Positions 18,665-26,972 of a stretch of DNA of 64,000 nucleotides are shown here, in pieces. Below the pieces are notes generated by a model, which did no database searches, had not been told where the DNA came from, and saw nothing but the letters and a program-made list of their open reading frames with translations. The position numbers were made by a program, and so were the translations under genes. Location of the stretch: the NCBI GenBank assembly GCA_965261895.1, contig OZ253480.1, positions 2,727,788-2,791,787 of the forward strand, read 5' to 3'. This DNA comes from an uncultured Candidatus Binatia bacterium. GTDB lineage: Bacteria; Desulfobacterota; Binatia; UBA9968; JAJDTQ01. Each line of letters begins with the position of its first letter. The stretch's first letter is position 1.

Positions 18665-19816
18665 TCACCCTATTCCATAGAATTTGGCGGCATTCTCCCA
18701 CGTAAGCTGCCGCTCCACCGCATCGGACATACCTTCGAACTGGCGCTTGACGGCCTCCCTTGATTGAGGCCAGGTCGCACCGCCGTGTGGATAGTCACTA
18801 GCCCACATGATGTTGTCGAGCATCCCGAAGACTTCCGCTCCAAGAATGCCGGCGCGATCCTCCTGGAACGTCACGTAAACCTGGCGTCTTATCATTTCAC
18901 TGGGAAGTGCCGAATCCCTACCCGCCACCGAGGCCTCGGATCGGGCTCTTTTCAAGGCGGAATCCATGCAGTTCAAATAGGGCACGATCCAGGAGAGGTC
19001 ATACTCCGCAAAGACCACACGCAGCCGTGGATGATTCTCAAGCGCCCCTCCAAACGTCAGCTCCGTCAGGAGCCCGAGAGGCTCCAGGATGCCGCGTCGC
19101 AACGAGTTTTGACCCTGTTGAACCGGCGAGATCTTCTTGAGCCGCGCCCGCATCCTGTCCACGCCCTGCAGGATATTGACATGAATGTGGATGGGGAAAT
19201 CCATGTCCTCGGCTTTGGTCCACAGGGGTTCAAATTCCGGATCGGCATAGCTCATTCCTTCGGGCAAACCGGAAGGTATGAGCGCGCCTTTATGTCCGAG
19301 CTTGGCACAGCGCTCCATTTCCTTCAGCGACCACTCGACATCGAGCGCCGACAGAATACATAAGGCGACAAGACGATCGGGCGCGACGTTGGCGTATTCG
19401 ATAAGCCAGTCGTTGTATGCGATGAGGCCCGCTTTCTGCAGCTCGGTCTCCTCCCCCTTGAGCGAGAAAAAATTGCGAGTCAGACTCGGGTAGAGCACCT
19501 CCGTCCTGACTCCGTCGAGGTCCATGTCGCTCAAACGTGCCGTGGGGTCCCAGGGACCACGCCAGTCTTCCCACTGGAAATTCTCGATAACATCGATGAT
19601 TTTGCCACCCTTCGCTTGTACCCCGGCGGTAAAGGTCATGCCTACCGGGTCCGGTTCATGGCCATCGAAAACCATGTAGAGACCCTTCTTTCCCGGCGGA
19701 TCCTGGACAAAGTGAGGTCCGTGTTCGCGTAGTCTCTTCGGTATTCGCTCCCAAGCCTCCGGCGGCTCATTGACATGCGAATCCGCGGAGAAGAACCTTA
19801 CCTGTTCCGGTGCCAT
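18665..19816 (-). CDS. Amidohydrolase-2 (ACMSD-like metal-dependent hydrolase/decarboxylase) family protein
   Basis: 383 aa with an N-terminal SHVNEP metal-binding start typical of amidohydrolase 2. Confidence 0.8.
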   Translation of the reverse strand: MAPEQVRFFSADSHVNEPPEAWERIPKRLREHGPHFVQDPPGKKGLYMVFDGHEPDPVGMTFTAGVQAKGGKIIDVIENFQWEDWRGPWDPTARLSDMDLDGVRTEVLYPSLTRNFFSLKGEETELQKAGLIAYNDWLIEYANVAPDRLVALCILSALDVEWSLKEMERCAKLGHKGALIPSGLPEGMSYADPEFEPLWTKAEDMDFPIHIHVNILQGVDRMRARLKKISPVQQGQNSLRRGILEPLGLLTELTFGGALENHPRLRVVFAEYDLSWIVPYLNCMDSALKRARSEASVAGRDSALPSEMIRRQVYVTFQEDRAGILGAEVFGMLDNIMWASDYPHGGATWPQSREAVKRQFEGMSDAVERQLTWENAAKFYGIG

Positions 19817-19837
19817 GGCTTGCCTCCTCTGTTCTCG

Positions 19838-19885
19838 ATTTGAGAACCACCTACACTAGTCATCGCGTCTTGCCGACAAAAGAGT
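19838..19885. repeat. Degenerate MITE remnant (TIR-like ...gagaaccacctacactag joined to internal segment tcatcgcgtcttgccgacaaaag)
   Basis: Resembles the right TIR plus an internal core-flank segment of the MITE family, in the divergent promoter region. Confidence 0.35.
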
Positions 19886-20097
19886 CCCGCGTAGCTTGCC
19901 ACGCGTTGATGTGGTACAGGCCACTACTCAGCCTTTGTGAAACCTTGGTCGTTATGACCGAGGACCGAAGAGAACCCAGTGGAGAGTATCTATAAGTATG
20001 TCCGACTGTCAAACACGCAAAACTCACGGTAGTGCCACACGATATTCTACAACGCGGAGGGCAAAATTCCCCGTCATCTGATTCATGAACGAACAGC

Positions 20098-21249
20098 GTG
20101 AACGAGATGCGGTTCATCGCTGTCCGGTTCTGGCTGATCCTGATCTTGGGAGGCGGTCGCCAGGACTCTCTTGGTGTCACATGCCGGGTTTACTGCTTCT
20201 GCCTGGCGACGGCCCTTTTGTGTCTCTTGCCCGGGCCGGTGCAGCCAGCCTCGCTGGACGACGAGTTCGTTACCTCCAAGCGTCACTGGGCCGTCACCGA
20301 CACGAAGTTCGAGCTCTCGTCCAAGCGCTATCGTCTCAACAAGAATGTACGGCACCCGCAACCCGTCATCCTCATCCACGGCCTGTTGGTGAACAGCGGC
20401 TTCCTCGACTTTGGCGGCGCCAGCCTGGCCGAATACCTGGCAGAGGCGGGGTTCGACGTCTGGAACCTGTCGCTCCGAGGCACCGGCCGGAGCCTCAGCC
20501 CTCTGGGTTGGGGGCAAAAGCCCTGGACCCTGGACGAAATCCTGAAGGACGACCTCCCGACGGTCATCGGATACGTCAAGAAGACCACCGGTAGCGCGAA
20601 CGTCTTTCTGGTGGGTTACGAGCTGGGCGGGGCGTTGGCCTTCGCGCATGTCGGCAAGGATCGAGAGCACGGAGTCGCCGGGATCGTCGGCATCGCCTCG
20701 CCGATGTCCTTCGACAGCCCCGAGCAGGACCGGCTCGACGTCCTGGTCAAGCTCGACCGCCAGCCGGTCCTGCGTAACACCCTTCTCTATGCGAACTCGT
20801 CCGGGCTGAACCGGTTTCTCTTCATGGTTCCCGGGTTCGAGGACACTTTCTACAATCCCGGGAACATGACGGAGCGGGTCAAAAAAGAGTTGCTGGAATC
20901 CCTCCTGGTCTCGGTCAACCCCGGCGTGCTGGATCAACTCATTACAACCGTGAACAAGGACGAGTTCGTCTCCGCCGACGGCGCTTCCAGCTACCGCGAC
21001 ACGCTGTCCGAAATTCGTATCCCGGTTCTCCTGATAGGGGGCGCGGCCGACCCCATCGCACCGCCGGAAGCCCTGAAAAAGCTCTACTCGGAGCTTGGCT
21101 CGGAGGACCGGGACCTCATGATCTTCTGGTCGGATCCCGACGAGGACATCAGCTACGGCCATTTCGACCTGATTCTCGGGAAGAACGCCGAAGCCGACGT
21201 CTTTCCGCTCGTCCGGGGATGGCTCGAATCCAGAAGCCTGTCCCAGTAG
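20098..21249 (+). CDS. Secreted or membrane-anchored alpha/beta-hydrolase fold protein
   Basis: 383 aa with an N-terminal hydrophobic segment. The HGLLVNSG oxyanion region is present, but the nucleophile elbow reads GYELGG (Glu where Ser is expected). Confidence 0.6.
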   Translation: MNEMRFIAVRFWLILILGGGRQDSLGVTCRVYCFCLATALLCLLPGPVQPASLDDEFVTSKRHWAVTDTKFELSSKRYRLNKNVRHPQPVILIHGLLVNSGFLDFGGASLAEYLAEAGFDVWNLSLRGTGRSLSPLGWGQKPWTLDEILKDDLPTVIGYVKKTTGSANVFLVGYELGGALAFAHVGKDREHGVAGIVGIASPMSFDSPEQDRLDVLVKLDRQPVLRNTLLYANSSGLNRFLFMVPGFEDTFYNPGNMTERVKKELLESLLVSVNPGVLDQLITTVNKDEFVSADGASSYRDTLSEIRIPVLLIGGAADPIAPPEALKKLYSELGSEDRDLMIFWSDPDEDISYGHFDLILGKNAEADVFPLVRGWLESRSLSQ

Positions 21250-21368
21250 GCGAATCGTAGCCGATTCGGCTGACTCGCCCAGGTTCCTGGGGACCCACCT
21301 GAATCACCGCTCCCAAAACCTGAATCACCGCTCCTAAAGATTGGCCGTCCGGTGCCGACAATCTTTTT

Positions 21369-22163
21369 ATGGATTCGTTCTTCATGGCCGGCACCATGGT
21401 CACGGAAGTGCTCGAACAGAACTGGGGACCTGTTCTGCTGTTCGTTCTCGGGTCCTGTATCGGGAGCTTCCTGAACGTCTGCATCACGCGCATACCGGCC
21501 GGTGAATCCATCCTCTTCCCCCCATCCCGTTGCCGCGCCTGCAAGACGCGGCTTCGCGGTCGGGCCAACATACCCCTGATCAGCTACATCCTGCTGCGCG
21601 CGCGATGCGCTCACTGCGGCGCCCGCATCTCCCGGCGCTACTTCCTGGTCGAATTGTGCACTGCCGCCATGGCGCCGGCGTGCTACCACCGCTTCGGCCC
21701 GGGCGGACTCTTCTTCGCACGCCTGTCCTTTGCCTGCGCGCTGCTGGTGACGGCGGTCATCGACTTCGAGACGGGTATCATCCCCGATGCCATCAGCGTC
21801 TCCGGCACGGCGGCGGGACTCGTGCTGTCGTGTATCGCCCCCGCGCTCTCGATTCAGGACATGCCGTCACCGGCGAGCGCACTCCTGGGCGCCTTTCTGG
21901 GCGGGGGCTTGTTGTTGGCGACGGCCCGCGGCTACCGCGCCATGACCGGGAGGGACGGCCTGGGCGGCGGCGACGTCAAACTGATGGCGATGATCGGCGC
22001 CTTCGCCGGCTGGGACGGCGTCTCCGGCATTCTATTCTGGAGCGCTCTCACGGGAAGCTTCTGGGGCATCGGGCTCATGATCCTCCGAAAGGACGTTGCG
22101 CTGACGACTCCCTTGCCGTTCGCCCCGTTCCTGTGTCTCGCTGCCCTGCTCCACATGTGTTGA
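21369..22163 (+). CDS. pilD: Prepilin peptidase (A24 family)
   Basis: 264 aa with the N-terminal CxxC...CxxC tetracysteine and a DUF/peptidase A24 core. Confidence 0.85.
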   Translation: MDSFFMAGTMVTEVLEQNWGPVLLFVLGSCIGSFLNVCITRIPAGESILFPPSRCRACKTRLRGRANIPLISYILLRARCAHCGARISRRYFLVELCTAAMAPACYHRFGPGGLFFARLSFACALLVTAVIDFETGIIPDAISVSGTAAGLVLSCIAPALSIQDMPSPASALLGAFLGGGLLLATARGYRAMTGRDGLGGGDVKLMAMIGAFAGWDGVSGILFWSALTGSFWGIGLMILRKDVALTTPLPFAPFLCLAALLHMC

Positions 22164-22177
22164 AGACGGGAGTGCCG

Positions 22178-22636
22178 ATGCTGCAAGCGTTCAAACAAAC
22201 CGCCGGATTCTCATTGCTGGGTCAACTGATCACGCTGACCCTGGCCGGCATCATGCTGTCCATCGCCGTACCGGGTTACCTGAAGGTTATGCCCAGGCAT
22301 CGCCTGAACGGTGCGGTACGGCTACTCACGGGCGATCTCATGTGGGCACGCATGAAAGCCATCGAAAGAAACAACCGCCACCGGATCTTTTTCCTCAACG
22401 ATCACCAGTATCGGATCCTTGACGACGCGGACAACGACGGCGCCGTGGACCCGGGAGAATGGACGCTCACCAGGGACCTGCGAACCGACTATCGAGACGT
22501 GGTGATGAGCTCCACCAACAATCCGGTCTTCAGTCCCAGAGGTACGGCCAGCAGTCTGGCTACCATTACGCTGGCCAATGCCGCCGGCTCGAAACGCATC
22601 AGCATCAGCATTGCCGGCCGCGTGCGGATCCGGTGA
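22178..22636 (+). CDS. GspH/FimT-like minor pseudopilin
   Basis: 152 aa with a prepilin-like N-terminus (QTAG|FSLLGQLITL), but Gly rather than Glu at +5. Confidence 0.55.
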   Translation: MLQAFKQTAGFSLLGQLITLTLAGIMLSIAVPGYLKVMPRHRLNGAVRLLTGDLMWARMKAIERNNRHRIFFLNDHQYRILDDADNDGAVDPGEWTLTRDLRTDYRDVVMSSTNNPVFSPRGTASSLATITLANAAGSKRISISIAGRVRIR

Positions 22637-22647
22637 AGGGACAGGCA

Positions 22648-23016
22648 ATGGAGCCGCTGCGTCCGTCCAGCCAGGGCTTTTCCATGATCGAGCTGCTTGT
22701 GGCGATGTTGATCCTGTCGACGGCGTTATTGGGAATCGGCCGTCTCACCATCGGCGTCATCGAGGGAAACCTCAAAAGCCGGAACCACGGCGTCGCCACC
22801 CTGCTGGCCCAGGACCGGATCGAGGCCCTCAAGGGTCTGGGCGCGGGAAGCGCAACTTCAACCACGGAGGACTATGGGACCATGCCCGGATTCCCGCACT
22901 ACAAGCGAGTCACCGACGTGCGGCGCGATGTGCCCGAGGCCGGCTTGAGCACCATCACCGTAACCGTGTATTGGGACCGAGGCTCGGTCGTCCTGCACAC
23001 CCTGCTGGGCCCATGA
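22648..23016 (+). CDS. pilV: Type IV pilus modification protein PilV-like minor pilin
   Basis: 122 aa with the prepilin motif SQG|FSMIELLVAM. Confidence 0.65.
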   Translation: MEPLRPSSQGFSMIELLVAMLILSTALLGIGRLTIGVIEGNLKSRNHGVATLLAQDRIEALKGLGAGSATSTTEDYGTMPGFPHYKRVTDVRRDVPEAGLSTITVTVYWDRGSVVLHTLLGP

Positions 23017-23657
23017 CGTCGCACACCTCCAGACCCTTGTGGCCGGGTTTCCGGAAGCCAGGTTCCGGCACATCCCGACAGCGGCGCGACGACCGGGGTT
23101 TCACTCTGATCGAGCTGCTCGTGGTCCTGGCGATCCAGGGAATTCTACTGGCGGCGGTGGTCACGAGCTTTACCGGCCAGCTCACCACCCATGACCTCCA
23201 GGAACAGATCAATGCCATGCAACAGAACGCCCGGGCGGCCATAACCCTGGTGATCCGGGACGCGAGAACCGCCGGGTACGACCCAGCGCGGGCGGGGATC
23301 ACCGGTCTGGCATACGCTCCGGCCCGTCTGATCATCGCGGCCGACCACAACGGCGACGGTGACCTCAGCGACGCCAACGAACGGATCGTCTACTTCCACG
23401 ACCCCGCCCGCCTGGTACTCAGGCGCGACACCGGCGGCGGCGGGCAGCCCCTGGCGGAAGACGTGCAGGGGTTCACCGTGGAATACCTCGACGCCGCAGG
23501 CAACGTCACCACCGCAACCACCGCGATTCGGCAGCTCAGGATCAGCGTAACGACACGGACCGGCAAACAGGATCCGCGCTACCCCCGGAACGGCGGTTAC
23601 CGAACCCACACGCTGCGATCGGTCGTGACACCCGCCAACCTGGGGCTGGGACCATGA
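23013..23657 (+). CDS. pilW: Type IV pilus assembly protein PilW-like minor pilin
   Basis: 214 aa with the prepilin motif RG|FTLIELLVVL. ATGA overlap with the pilV-like gene. Confidence 0.65.
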   Translation: MTSHTSRPLWPGFRKPGSGTSRQRRDDRGFTLIELLVVLAIQGILLAAVVTSFTGQLTTHDLQEQINAMQQNARAAITLVIRDARTAGYDPARAGITGLAYAPARLIIAADHNGDGDLSDANERIVYFHDPARLVLRRDTGGGGQPLAEDVQGFTVEYLDAAGNVTTATTAIRQLRISVTTRTGKQDPRYPRNGGYRTHTLRSVVTPANLGLGP

Positions 23658-23663
23658 GGTACG

Positions 23664-23876
23664 TCAAAGGGGTTCCGGAGAATCGTCGCCGGGCCGGACC
23701 AGGACGTATTCGCAACCCTGCTTGTCCGGCAACTCGCGGAGCTGCGCGATGATGCCTTCCGCTTCTTCCCGGGAGTAGTACAGCCCGACGGTGCTGACCT
23801 GGCCGTCGGGCCTGTGCTCATGCAGGTAGAACTTGTCCACGGCTACCGCCTCAGTACGTCGGAGTTTTGTACCCAA
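23664..23876 (-). CDS. Small hypothetical protein (70 aa)
   Basis: ORF only; it overlaps the 3' end of the neighbouring Fe-S protein gene in another frame. Confidence 0.3.
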   Translation of the reverse strand: MGTKLRRTEAVAVDKFYLHEHRPDGQVSTVGLYYSREEAEGIIAQLRELPDKQGCEYVLVRPGDDSPEPL

Positions 23877-24753
23877 CTCGCTTGCGCTCCTTCATGAAGG
23901 TCTTGAAGGTGGTTCGGTGACTGCGCACGTTGTAGGGGCAGACGTCGACGCACAGGTGGCAGTACTCGTCGCGCAAGCGGGAATACGGGTAGCATTTCTC
24001 GAGGTCGATCAACCAGCGCTTGATGCCGTCGGTCATCACGTGGTCCTGGGGAATCGCGTCCCCCGGACAGTTCTGCATGCACACGTTACAGTTCGTGCAG
24101 AAGTCCTGCACGCCGAACTCCCGCGGCTGGTCCTCGTCCAGCGGCAGATCGGTGGTGACGAAACCGGGCCGGAAGTCCGCCCCGTACTTCTCGTTGATGA
24201 GGCTGCCATGCCGCCCCAGCTCGCCGAACCCGACCTGATAGAACACCGGAATGGCCTGCACCTCCCGGACGCCGTTGTGATGGGCCCAGGCGGGATACCC
24301 CAGGTCGCGAATGTAGGCCGCGAGGTCGGTGGAAAGGTCGGAGACCACCGCGTACACCCGCATGGCCTCTTCCTCCACCGCATCGGCGCCGTCCAGGACC
24401 TTGTGGTAGTCCTCGCTCACGCAGGCCGCGATGACGTACTCGTGGGGAACCTCTTTCCCCAAATCGATCATGGACGGCTTGAGCCGGCAGATGCCCACCA
24501 GGTCCGCGCCCAGCTCGCGAGCCTTGGCCTTGATCCGCGCGGTCACGGCGGACCGGTCGGCCACCTCCACCCGTTGCGGGTTTACCGCACCGTCGCGGAA
24601 CTTGGCGTTCTCCACGCATCGGTTGGTGTATCCGACCACGGTCTCCGAACGGCTGGCGTAGTGGGGCACCTCGTCCGCCCCCATGGAATGAACCATGGAG
24701 GCCAGCACGGGATCAGCCATTCCCTGCATTCGTCTCGGCGTTGTACCGCGCAT
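23851..24753 (-). CDS. QueG/reductive-dehalogenase-superfamily iron-sulfur protein (two C-terminal 4Fe-4S ferredoxin motifs)
   Basis: ORF 23851..24939. Probable start at 24753 (MRGTTPRR). Motifs CTNCNVCMQNCP and CHLCVDVCP. The N-terminal extension of the ORF runs into the MITE. Confidence 0.55.
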   Translation of the reverse strand: MRGTTPRRMQGMADPVLASMVHSMGADEVPHYASRSETVVGYTNRCVENAKFRDGAVNPQRVEVADRSAVTARIKAKARELGADLVGICRLKPSMIDLGKEVPHEYVIAACVSEDYHKVLDGADAVEEEAMRVYAVVSDLSTDLAAYIRDLGYPAWAHHNGVREVQAIPVFYQVGFGELGRHGSLINEKYGADFRPGFVTTDLPLDEDQPREFGVQDFCTNCNVCMQNCPGDAIPQDHVMTDGIKRWLIDLEKCYPYSRLRDEYCHLCVDVCPYNVRSHRTTFKTFMKERKRVGYKTPTY

Positions 24754-24922
24754 GGAGAGCTCCTTTGCCAGGCAGGGACGCCGTTTCCAGGCGACCGCGT
24801 CCGGGTGTGTTCGACCTGCACACCCGTACCAGAACCGGCACCCGCATGGCAATACAGACGCGCCCCCGCCGCCTGCCGCGGCCGGTTGGGCAGCCGTCTC
24901 GTTCTCGTGTAATAATATCGTG

Positions 24923-25111
24923 CTAGTGTGGTGTCTCACAAATACGCTTATGAAGCTGCGAGGGCATTTTGGTTGTCGGCAAGGCGCGATGACTTGTAGG
25001 GGCGGGTTTCAAACCCGCCCGTGTGGCGGGCACCACGCGAGGAAGAGCAACGCAGCCGACGGCCAAAAGGACCCGCAGATTCGTAAGCGTATTTGTGAGA
25101 CACCACACTAG
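24923..25111. mobile_element. MITE copy B (189 bp; canonical TIR; core GGGCGGGTTTCAAACCCGCCC)
   Basis: ctagtgtggtgtctcacaaatacg ... cgtatttgtgagacaccacactag. Confidence 0.85.
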
Positions 25112-25293
25112 TGTCCTGTCCGGTTAATTCGCATGGTAAGATGCGCAGGATTTTTCGTCGTCGACAAGGCGCGATGACGTGTAGGGGCGACCGGCGGTCG
25201 CCCCCGTGGCGGGCACCACGCGAGGAAGAGCAACGCAGCCGACGAGAAAAAGACCAGCAGATTACCGTGCGAATTGACCGGACAGGACACTAG
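25108..25293. mobile_element. MITE copy C (186 bp; alternative TIR CTAGTGTCCTGTCCGGTTAATTCGCA; same core family), tandem to copy B and sharing one CTAG
   Basis: ctagtgtcctgtccggttaattcgca ... tgcgaattgaccggacaggacactag. The internal segment is near-identical to copy A. Confidence 0.8.
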
Positions 25294-25301
25294 GGCGTGG
25301 A

Positions 25302-25949
25302 ATGTTGCGTTTCGTGACCATCGAAGGAGGTGGCGGTTCGGGAAAGACCCGTCAGGTCGAGTTGCTCAACGAGTATCTGGGCTCTCGCGGAGTGTCCCGG
25401 CTGCTGACCCGCGAGCCGGGTGATACCCCGCTGGGGAAGGAACTCAGAAGACTCCTGCTCGAAGGCCATCCGGAATCCCTCTCGGACGAGACCGAACTGT
25501 TCCTGATGCTGGCGGACCGGGCACAGCACGTTCGCGAGGTCATCAGGCCCGCCCTCGAGCAGGGCAAGCTGGTGGTTTCGGACCGCTTCGCGGATTCGAC
25601 TTTGGCGTACCAGGGTTACGGCCGGGGCATGGATCTGGCGTTGCTGCGCCGGTTGAATGTCATGGCAACGGGCGGCACCATCCCCGACCTCACCATCATC
25701 CTGGACTGTGCGGTGGAGGTGGCGCTGGCCCGTGCGGCGGAAAGGCGGGACCTGCAGGCGGCGCGCGAAAACCGGTTCGAGGCCGAAGGGATCGCGTTTC
25801 AACGCCGGGTGCGCGAGGGATTCCTCGAGCTGGCCGAGGAGGAGCCTTCACGTTGCGTGGTGGTCCAGACCGACGGTCCGGTGATGGCGGCCCAGGAGAA
25901 GATGAGACGGATCATCGATGAACGGCTTCACGCCGGCGCGGGCCGGTAA
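25302..25949 (+). CDS. tmk: Thymidylate kinase
   Basis: 215 aa with a P-loop (GGGGSGKT) and the DRF/LID region (VVSDRFADSTLAYQG). Confidence 0.85.
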   Translation: MLRFVTIEGGGGSGKTRQVELLNEYLGSRGVSRLLTREPGDTPLGKELRRLLLEGHPESLSDETELFLMLADRAQHVREVIRPALEQGKLVVSDRFADSTLAYQGYGRGMDLALLRRLNVMATGGTIPDLTIILDCAVEVALARAAERRDLQAARENRFEAEGIAFQRRVREGFLELAEEEPSRCVVVQTDGPVMAAQEKMRRIIDERLHAGAGR

Positions 25950-25967
25950 AGCGCGGATGCCGGAGGC

Positions 25968-26954
25968 GTGATGCTGCGATTCCAGGACATCATCGGCCAC
26001 CAGGGACAAATCGAGTTGCTGCGGCGAGCCGTGGACCGCGACCGGCTTCACCACGCCTATCTTTTTGTCGGCCCCGAGGGCACGGGAAAGAGAACCGTGG
26101 CCACCGCCCTGGCGGCCGCCATTCAATGCGAGACCGTCGCCGGCGACGCCTGCGGCGAGTGCCCGAGCTGTCTGTGCATTCGCGACGGGAACCATGCGGA
26201 CGTGCATTGGCTGGAGCAGCGCAAGGGCAAGCGGGACATCACCATCGAGCAGGTGCGGGAGTTGCAGAGACAGTTGGTGCTGCACCGCTTCACGGGGATC
26301 AAGAAGATCGCCATCATCGACCCGTTGACGCTGGTGAACCTCCACGCCCAGAACGCACTCCTCAAGACGCTGGAGGAGCCGCCGGACCATTCCCTGCTGA
26401 TCCTGATCGCGGAGAGCACGGGAGGTGCCCTGCCGACGGTGCTGTCCCGTTGCCTCCGGCTGCAATTCTTCCCTTTGGCGGTGGAGCAGGTCGCCGCCAT
26501 CCTGACCCGGCGCAAGGGGCTTCCCGAAGACCGCGCCCTGCTGCTGGCCGCCCTCAGCTACGGGAGCCTCGGCACCGCGCTGGAGAGCGACGAGGCGGAA
26601 CTGCTGGACCAACGGCAGGACTGCATTCGCAGGCTGGCAGCGCTTTCGTCCGACGACATGCGCGGCATTACAGCGCTGGCCGAGGAAATGGGCAGCGACC
26701 GGGAGAAGGCGTTGAAGTTCCTGGACTGGGTCAAGGGATGGCTGCGCGACGTCATGGTGCTTCAGGTCACGGGCTCCACCGCGACGGTCTACAACCGCGA
26801 CCTGCTGGAACAGCTCCAGCAGGTCGCCGCGGGCCGCCGCGTGCAGCAATCGACGTCCGCCCTGGCCGAGATCGACAACGTGACCCGGGCCATTCACCGG
26901 AACTACAACCGGCGCATGGTGCTGGAGGGCTTTATTCCCAGACTCCTGAACTGA
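25968..26954 (+). CDS. holB: DNA polymerase III delta-prime subunit
   Basis: 328 aa with an AAA+ core (FVGPEGTGKRT) and a zinc-module Cys cluster (CGECPSC). Confidence 0.8.
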   Translation: MMLRFQDIIGHQGQIELLRRAVDRDRLHHAYLFVGPEGTGKRTVATALAAAIQCETVAGDACGECPSCLCIRDGNHADVHWLEQRKGKRDITIEQVRELQRQLVLHRFTGIKKIAIIDPLTLVNLHAQNALLKTLEEPPDHSLLILIAESTGGALPTVLSRCLRLQFFPLAVEQVAAILTRRKGLPEDRALLLAALSYGSLGTALESDEAELLDQRQDCIRRLAALSSDDMRGITALAEEMGSDREKALKFLDWVKGWLRDVMVLQVTGSTATVYNRDLLEQLQQVAAGRRVQQSTSALAEIDNVTRAIHRNYNRRMVLEGFIPRLLN

Positions 26955-26972
26955 AGGGACCCGAAGACTGCC

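Noticed and set aside
24923-25293. Possible CRISPR array, suggested by the tandem repeats
   Set aside because: There are only two units. Each is a complete TIR-bounded 186-189-bp element, not short direct repeats with unique spacers, and there are no cas genes.
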